Virus record (IMG/VR): IMGVR_UViG_3300030098_002339
Location: 24,285-88,284 of that record
DNA from: a virus
Reading direction: 5' to 3' (one strand)
Length of the DNA: 64,000 nucleotides
Below the pieces are notes generated by a model. It ran no database searches and was not told the DNA's origin. It saw nothing but the letters and a program-made list of their open reading frames with translations. Positions 57,818-64,000 of this stretch are shown here, piece after piece (positions within the stretch are counted from its first letter, which is position 1; the number at the start of each line of letters is the position of its first letter). The position numbers were made by a program, and so were the translations under genes.

Positions 57818-59075
57818 GCGAATTGAAATTCCTTATAAGCCAAGACCTTATCAATTAGAAGTACACGATAATAAAAAACGATTTAATGTATTAGTCTGTC
57901 ACAGACGATTCGGTAAATCAGTATTATCCATTAACGAATTAATTAAAACCGCAGCAGCAAAACCGAGAGCTCTGCTGGCTTTCATAGCTCCTACCTATAG
58001 ACAAGGAAAATCTATAGCTTGGGAGTATTTAAAATTTTATACGAAACCTCTAATGTATTTTGGAGGAAGTAGGAACGAGACTGAATTAAGAATAGATTTA
58101 TTTAACGGAAGTCGTATTCAAATATTTGGTGCAGATAATCCAGACAGCATCCGTGGATTAGGATTTGACGGAGTGGTTATGGATGAATATGCAATTATGT
58201 CACCTAGAGTTTGGACAGAGATCGTAAGACCTGCTGTATCAGACAAACTAGGATGGGTTATGTTTATCGGAACACCCATGGGACATAATCAATTCTGGGA
58301 AGTCTATGATTACGCCCAACGAGGTCATAAAGACTGGATGGGTAAAATCTATAGAGCCTCAGAAACCAAGGTGATTCCAGACGAGGAGCTGGCGCAGGCA
58401 CGTTCCATAATGACCGAAGAGCAGTATGACCAAGAGTTCGAATGCTCTTTTACTGCAGCGGTCTCAGGAAGTTATTACGGAAGATTAATAACGAAAGCCG
58501 AAAATTCTAGAAGAATCGGATCCGTGCCTGTGGATAGTAACGTAGGTGTAGAAACGTGGTGGGATTTAGGTATAGGTGACTCAACAGCAATTTGGTTTGC
58601 TCAACGAGTGGGAAAAGAAATACACCTTATAGATTATTATGAAACTTCAGGAGAATCTTTAGCACACTATGCAGATAAACTTGAAGAAAAAGGATATGCT
58701 TATTCTAATCACATAGCTCCACACGATATAATGGCTAGAGAATTAGGAACAGGTAAATCAAGAATGGAAGTTGCTAATGAATTGGGTATTGATTTTGAAG
58801 TAGCTCCTAAGTTAGAAGTAGATCACGGAATTGAATCTGTGAGAAATTTATTACCACATTGTTATTTTGATAGAGAAAAATGTAAACTAGGATTAGATGC
58901 ATTAAGACAATATCGAAAACAATGGGATGATAAAAACCAAGTGTTTAAAAATAAACCTCTACACGATTGGTGTTCTCATGCAGCTGACGCATTTCGATAT
59001 GGCTGTGTATCTGAACCGATTGATATGACGGAGTGGAATAAACCAATTAAAGTAGATACCAAATATATAGTATGA
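57777..59075 (+). CDS. terL: Terminase large subunit (unit C)
   Basis: Same motifs as 13813. Confidence 0.95.
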   Translation: MNQSKSKSNGKKIKRIEIPYKPRPYQLEVHDNKKRFNVLVCHRRFGKSVLSINELIKTAAAKPRALLAFIAPTYRQGKSIAWEYLKFYTKPLMYFGGSRNETELRIDLFNGSRIQIFGADNPDSIRGLGFDGVVMDEYAIMSPRVWTEIVRPAVSDKLGWVMFIGTPMGHNQFWEVYDYAQRGHKDWMGKIYRASETKVIPDEELAQARSIMTEEQYDQEFECSFTAAVSGSYYGRLITKAENSRRIGSVPVDSNVGVETWWDLGIGDSTAIWFAQRVGKEIHLIDYYETSGESLAHYADKLEEKGYAYSNHIAPHDIMARELGTGKSRMEVANELGIDFEVAPKLEVDHGIESVRNLLPHCYFDREKCKLGLDALRQYRKQWDDKNQVFKNKPLHDWCSHAADAFRYGCVSEPIDMTEWNKPIKVDTKYIV

Positions 59076-61222
59076 AATCAGAAAAAGAAATATTAGCAAT
59101 ATTAGGAAAAGAATTACATAACGCTTCTGGATTTATTGGAGGCGAATTAGTTGCTCGAAGGAAAAAATCCTTAGAGTACTACCTAGGAATGCCATTAGGG
59201 AACGAACAAGAAGGTCGTTCTCAAGTGGTATCTAATGATGTATTAGATACAGTTGAAAGCCTCATGCCATCTTTAATGAGAATCTTTACAGCTGGCGATA
59301 ATGTATTTAATTGTGAAGGTGTTGGACCAGAAGACGATGAAATGGCACGTCAATGTTCCGATTACCTTAATTATATTTTTTATAAAGAGAACAATGGATT
59401 TGTAGCTCTTTATTCTGCATTTAAAGATGCATTGATCCAAAAGAATGGAATCTTAAAAGTTTATTGGGATGATTCTCAGAAAACTGAAAGAGAAGAATAT
59501 ACAAGATTAACGGATGATGAATTTAATGATCTCGTTGCAGATCCTCAAGTTAAAGTTAAAAATCATTCAGAATACGAAGAACCAATAACGGATGATCGTG
59601 GTAAAGAAATTGATAAAGTTGCTTTACACGATGTTGTTATTCATAGAACAAGATTGTACGGACAGGTTAAAATTGAACCAGTTCCTCCAGAAGAATTTTT
59701 AATTGAACGTAGATGTAAATCTATTGATGCTTCCCATTTTGTTTGTCATCGAACAACAAAAACAAGAACAGAACTTATTGAAATGGGTTTTCCCAAAGAT
59801 GTCGTAGAAGGATTACCTGCAGGCGATGCAGATTATTTTACGGAAGATAAGTTTGTTAGACATCAAAATATTGACCTACAGCACGGAGCTGCTGATGGAG
59901 ATAAAGGCACAACAGATATTACAGTTCATGAATGTTATATTAACATTGATGTTAATGAAGATGGTAAATCAGAATTAGTTAAAATCATTACAGCAGGTAG
60001 CGGTACTGGTAAAATTCTAGATTTAGAAGAAGTTGATACTATACCATTTATATCAATGACACCCGTTATTATGCCACACAGATTTCATGGCAGATCTGTG
60101 TCGGAATTAGTAGAAGACATCCAACTTATTAAGTCTACTGTTATGAGACAAATGTTAGATAATATGTATCTAACAAACAATAACAGAGTTGCAGTACAAG
60201 ATGGTCAAGTTGCAATGGATGATCTTCTAACTAACCGACCAGGTGGAATCGTAAGAACAAAACAACCTCCTCAAAATGTTATGATGCCTATTCAGGCACA
60301 ACCAATTACGGAACAAGCTAGTGGAATGTTAGCTTATCTAGATTCTGTTAAAGAAACTAGAACAGGGGTTACAAGACAATCCCAGGGGCTAGATGCTGAT
60401 ACCTTAAATAAAACAGCAACTGGACAAAACCAAATTCTGACACAATCACAAATGAGAATGGAGTTAATTGCCAGGATCTTTGCTGAAACAGGTGTTAAGG
60501 ATCTAGCTTTAAAAATATTTGAATTGGTATGCAAGTATCAACAAAAGGAAAAGATAGTAAGAATTAGAGGAAAATACATTCCTATGAGACCTTATGAATG
60601 GAAAGACAGAGTAAATGTTACTGTTCAAGTAGGTTTAGGTACAGGTTCTAAAGAACAACAGCTAATTTTATTAAATGCAATCTTAGAAAGACAAATGCAG
60701 GCAATAAACTTACAACAAAATGTCTATGGACCTATGGTAAACCTTAGAAATGTATACAATAGTTTAAAAAAATTAATAGAAAATGCTGGATTGAACGGAA
60801 TTGAGCCATTTTTCATGGATCCTGACGTTGGTGCAGCACAAATGCCACAACTTCCACCTAAACCACCAACAGAATTTGAAAAAGTGACGTTGGCTCAGGT
60901 TCAAGGTGAAAATCAGCGTGAACAATTGAAAGCTGAAGTAAGATTAAAAGAAGTTGAAGGTAGAATGAGACAACAATTGCTTGATTTTGAGATAAAAATT
61001 AAAGAATTAGAACTTAAATACGGATCTAAAATCGATGAACTTGAATTGAAACGTAGAACTATGTTAGAAGAAGTAGATCTTCAAAAATCTGGAGATTTAA
61101 TGAAAGAAATAGTGAAAGGACAACAACAATTCTTTAATGATGGACAAGCTAGAAACACAGCTGCGAAGGGGAAAGAGAGCCCAGGTGCTGCTAGACGATC
61201 CCCTGCTAAAGCAAGGGTTTAA
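59072..61222 (+). CDS. Portal protein (unit C)
   Basis: Homologue of 15117. Confidence 0.92.
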   Translation: MKSEKEILAILGKELHNASGFIGGELVARRKKSLEYYLGMPLGNEQEGRSQVVSNDVLDTVESLMPSLMRIFTAGDNVFNCEGVGPEDDEMARQCSDYLNYIFYKENNGFVALYSAFKDALIQKNGILKVYWDDSQKTEREEYTRLTDDEFNDLVADPQVKVKNHSEYEEPITDDRGKEIDKVALHDVVIHRTRLYGQVKIEPVPPEEFLIERRCKSIDASHFVCHRTTKTRTELIEMGFPKDVVEGLPAGDADYFTEDKFVRHQNIDLQHGAADGDKGTTDITVHECYINIDVNEDGKSELVKIITAGSGTGKILDLEEVDTIPFISMTPVIMPHRFHGRSVSELVEDIQLIKSTVMRQMLDNMYLTNNNRVAVQDGQVAMDDLLTNRPGGIVRTKQPPQNVMMPIQAQPITEQASGMLAYLDSVKETRTGVTRQSQGLDADTLNKTATGQNQILTQSQMRMELIARIFAETGVKDLALKIFELVCKYQQKEKIVRIRGKYIPMRPYEWKDRVNVTVQVGLGTGSKEQQLILLNAILERQMQAINLQQNVYGPMVNLRNVYNSLKKLIENAGLNGIEPFFMDPDVGAAQMPQLPPKPPTEFEKVTLAQVQGENQREQLKAEVRLKEVEGRMRQQLLDFEIKIKELELKYGSKIDELELKRRTMLEEVDLQKSGDLMKEIVKGQQQFFNDGQARNTAAKGKESPGAARRSPAKARV

Positions 61223-61400
61223 AGATCTCTTAGAAACTTACAAAGACGAAATTTTTAATACGAATTTTGCTGACGATGAAAAACGTAGATCCCTTTGGAT
61301 GGCATATAATATGCTAGACAAAATACGAGGGCATTTACAGACAATCATGGAAAGCGGAAAACTAGCTCAAAAAGATCTTGAGCTTTTAAACAAGAGCTAA
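61137..61400 (+). CDS. Conserved head-region protein (unit C)
   Basis: Homologue of 17185. Confidence 0.75.
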   Translation: MMDKLETQLRRGKRAQVLLDDPLLKQGFKDLLETYKDEIFNTNFADDEKRRSLWMAYNMLDKIRGHLQTIMESGKLAQKDLELLNKS

Positions 61401-61445
61401 CCTTTATAGGAGCTCACTTACGTCAACCAATAGGAGGAACGTTAC

Positions 61446-62441
61446 ATGGCACAAGAACAATCAGTTCAAGGTGCTGCTGAAAAAATATCTGGATTACTGA
61501 ATCCTAAACAGGACAATCAAGTACCAGAGAAGAAAGAAGCAGCTCCCTCAGAGCAACCTGAAAAGATCAAACAGGAACCTTCAAAAGAGAGTCAATCAAA
61601 GTCTGAAGAAACTCCCAAAGAAGTAGCTACTGAAAAAACCGAAATCGAAGAAGAAACGCAAACAGCTACAGAGGAACCCGAACTCCACCGAGTTAAAGTT
61701 AGTGGTCAAGAGTTAGAGGTTACCCTCGATGAGTTGAAAGCAGGTTATTCACGAGACTCGGATTATAGACAAAAAACTCATACTTTAGGCTTAGAGAAAA
61801 AAGATCTTGAAGCTCAAAAGCAGAGTTTGCGTCAATCTTATGATACTCGTTTATCAGAACTAAACGAAATGATTACAACTGCTGACAGTTTTGTCAGACA
61901 ACAACAAGGTAGTAAGGATCTCCAAAAACTTTATGATGAAGATCCCACATCTGCAGCTAAACTGGATTACCAGTTACGACAACAAAATAGGCAGATAGAG
62001 GAAATGAAGTCTAAAGCTCAAGAGGCTTACACAAAACAATACAATGAATACCTTGATATACAGAAACAGTTAGCAGCAGCTAAAATCCCAGAATATAGCG
62101 ATCCCAATAAAGCTGATCAATTCAGAACTAATATGCGTACAACACTACGTGGATATGGTTTTAATGATACAGAAATTGGAAACCTGGCAGATCACCGTTT
62201 TTTAATGGTGATTAAAGATGCAATGAGTTATAAATCTGTTAAAGATAAAAAACCTATTGCCCAGAAGAAGGTAGCAAATGCACCTAAAGTCGTTAAAGCT
62301 GGAGTAGCTAAATCAGGACCAAGTTCAGGTAGAGAGGAAATAAGAAACAAGATCAATCGCTTAAAGAAGACTGGGCATCTTCGTGAAGCTCAAGACGCAA
62401 TAAGAGATATGATCAATCTTAAATCTCAACAAAAAAGGTAA
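61446..62441 (+). CDS. Capsid scaffolding protein (unit C)
   Basis: Homologue of 17497. Confidence 0.88.
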   Translation: MAQEQSVQGAAEKISGLLNPKQDNQVPEKKEAAPSEQPEKIKQEPSKESQSKSEETPKEVATEKTEIEEETQTATEEPELHRVKVSGQELEVTLDELKAGYSRDSDYRQKTHTLGLEKKDLEAQKQSLRQSYDTRLSELNEMITTADSFVRQQQGSKDLQKLYDEDPTSAAKLDYQLRQQNRQIEEMKSKAQEAYTKQYNEYLDIQKQLAAAKIPEYSDPNKADQFRTNMRTTLRGYGFNDTEIGNLADHRFLMVIKDAMSYKSVKDKKPIAQKKVANAPKVVKAGVAKSGPSSGREEIRNKINRLKKTGHLREAQDAIRDMINLKSQQKR

Positions 62442-62447
62442 TAAACA

Positions 62448-63389
62448 ATGGCACAACCAACAAATACGTTTGATACGTATGATTCCATTGGAGAACGTGA
62501 AGATCTGTCAGATGTTATTTATAACATCTCGCCAACTGACACACCATTCCTTAGCTCTGCAGCTAAAACAAAAGCTACAGCAGTTTTACACGAATGGCAA
62601 ACTGACAGTTTGGCATCAGCTTCAACATCCAATGCTGTAATCGAAGGTGACGAAGCAACTTTAGACGCTGTTACTGCAACAACTAGATTATCTAACTCTT
62701 GTCAAATTATGGACAAAACAGTTGTAATCACAGGTACGCAGGAAGTAGTTGATAAAGCTGGAAGAGCTTCTGAACTAGCTTACCAAATCGCTAAAAAGTC
62801 AAAAGAGCTTAAAAGAGACTTGGAAGCACAACTAACAACAAACAACGCTGAAGTAACAGGTAATGCTACAACAGCAAGAGAAATGGGTTCATTAAGAGCA
62901 TGGGTTGCTACTAATGACGTAATGGGAACTTCTGGAACTTCAGGAGCAGCAGGTAATACTGCAGCAACTGATGGAACTCAAAGAGCTTTCACAGAATCTC
63001 TCTTGAAATCTGTAATTAAATCAGTATGGAACGAAGGTGGAAACCCAACTATGATTATGGTTGGACCTTTCAATAAACAAAAATTGTCAGGATTCACTGG
63101 TAACAGTACTAGATTCGATGCAGGTGCTGATGCAACCTTATACACATCAGTAGATGTTTACGCTTCTGACTTCGGTCAACTTCAAGTAGTACCTAACAGA
63201 TTCTCTAGAGATAGAGATGCTTGGGTATTAGACATGGATTATTGGGGAGTAGCTTTCTTAAGAGACTTTTCAATGCATGAATTGTCAAAAACTGGAGACT
63301 CAGAGAAAAGACAACTAATTCTAGAAGCGACTCTAGAATCTAGAAATGAAGCTGCAAGCGGCTGCGTAGCTGACTTAACAACTTCATAA
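62448..63389 (+). CDS. Major capsid protein (unit C)
   Basis: Homologue of 18496, same length. Confidence 0.92.
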   Translation: MAQPTNTFDTYDSIGEREDLSDVIYNISPTDTPFLSSAAKTKATAVLHEWQTDSLASASTSNAVIEGDEATLDAVTATTRLSNSCQIMDKTVVITGTQEVVDKAGRASELAYQIAKKSKELKRDLEAQLTTNNAEVTGNATTAREMGSLRAWVATNDVMGTSGTSGAAGNTAATDGTQRAFTESLLKSVIKSVWNEGGNPTMIMVGPFNKQKLSGFTGNSTRFDAGADATLYTSVDVYASDFGQLQVVPNRFSRDRDAWVLDMDYWGVAFLRDFSMHELSKTGDSEKRQLILEATLESRNEAASGCVADLTTS

Positions 63390-63400
63390 TAATATAACAA

Positions 63401-63486
63401 ATGCGTAGGCGGGTAACCTCAAATTCTACCCGCCTTGCATCCTAATTAACATTGAAGTCTTGAGAGGGGTTAAAGGCGGAACAATG
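63401..63486 (+). ncRNA. Kissing-loop element downstream of MCP (unit C)
   Basis: Covarying homologue of 19449-19531. Confidence 0.65.
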
Positions 63487-63496
63487 AGGAAACAAA

Positions 63497-63844
63497 ATGA
63501 GAACATTAAACGACTACTTTTTACACGCAGCAATCGCAGACATTAGTACAGCATCATCAACATTCGTGCCTGTACCTGATGGAGGCAAAGTAATAAAAAT
63601 TATAACTGCTCTTCAAGGAGCAATTGGTACAGCTAATGGCGGAATTTCTTTTGAAATTGGTGGAACAGCAATAACTGGTGGCGGGATTACAGTAACACAA
63701 TCTGGATCTGCTGCTGGAGATGTTGATACAGCAGAACCAACTGCAGCTAACGAAGTTGCTGAAGATGGAACTATTGAAATGATAACTGACGGAGCTTCTA
63801 GCAACACAGTTAAACTCAACGTAACATTTGTTATAAGAAGATAA
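63497..63844 (+). CDS. Capsid decoration protein candidate (unit C)
   Basis: Two aa differences from 19546. Confidence 0.7.
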   Translation: MRTLNDYFLHAAIADISTASSTFVPVPDGGKVIKIITALQGAIGTANGGISFEIGGTAITGGGITVTQSGSAAGDVDTAEPTAANEVAEDGTIEMITDGASSNTVKLNVTFVIRR

Positions 63845-63891
63845 TTAATTCAGGGGATGGAAACATCCCCTAAACAAAAGGAGAACAAAAT

Positions 63892-64000
63892 ATGAACTAT
63901 GGTTTAAGACATGGGACTGTGCATAAGCTAACTTCTGGAAGTTCATCTTCTGCAAGTTCAGCTTTTTCAGCTAATATAGAATATATAAGAGTTGTAGGCA
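63892..64000 (+). CDS. Small virion protein (unit C), truncated by window
   Basis: Near-identical to start of 19958. Confidence 0.7.
   Translation, partial: MNYGLRHGTVHKLTSGSSSSASSAFSANIEYIRVVG

Larger units (their letters stand above)
45237..64000. mobile_element. Phage unit C: divergent syntenic copy, truncated by window end
   Basis: Homologues of the unit B genes at 1843-20070 in the same order and orientation, offset 43.4-43.95 kb. Confidence 0.9.

Noticed and set aside
771-63819. Antisense/shadow ORFs (e.g. 794, 4290, 12478, 19606, 23301, 27311, 38592, 55990, 56897, 60334, 63613)
   Set aside because: They lie opposite well-supported genes, lack SDs and reflect codon bias.
1843-64000. 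Simple terminal redundancy or identical replicative concatemer
   Set aside because: The repeat is at least 18.8 kb long and the copies differ widely, including whole-gene replacements.

Overview
The whole window is phage DNA: AT-rich, gene-dense, with no host housekeeping genes. It reads as a head-to-tail array of related but clearly different genomes of a P22-portal-type podovirus resembling HTVC010P-like marine pelagiphages; this family and host assignment is inferred from gene content. There is the lysis-end tail of one unit (A, 1-~1850), one complete ~43.4-kb period (B, 1843-45236) and the first ~18.8 kb of a further unit (C, 45237-64000). B and C are syntenic. Their early and regulatory genes are divergent or swapped, their head genes are highly similar, and they are nearly identical just after the major capsid gene. 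A complete period has no recognisable integrase, DNA polymerase, primase or helicase. Comparing B with C exposes several unannotated structured non-coding elements: a ~290-nt pseudoknotted RNA candidate (50381-50670), a ~350-nt multibranch RNA candidate (54550-54898), a covarying kissing-loop element after the capsid gene, and a conserved hairpin array in the early/late divergence region. The tail region has three Kelch-like propeller proteins next to a sulfotransferase and four 2OG-Fe(II) oxygenases. All structures were folded by eye and no database searches were run.
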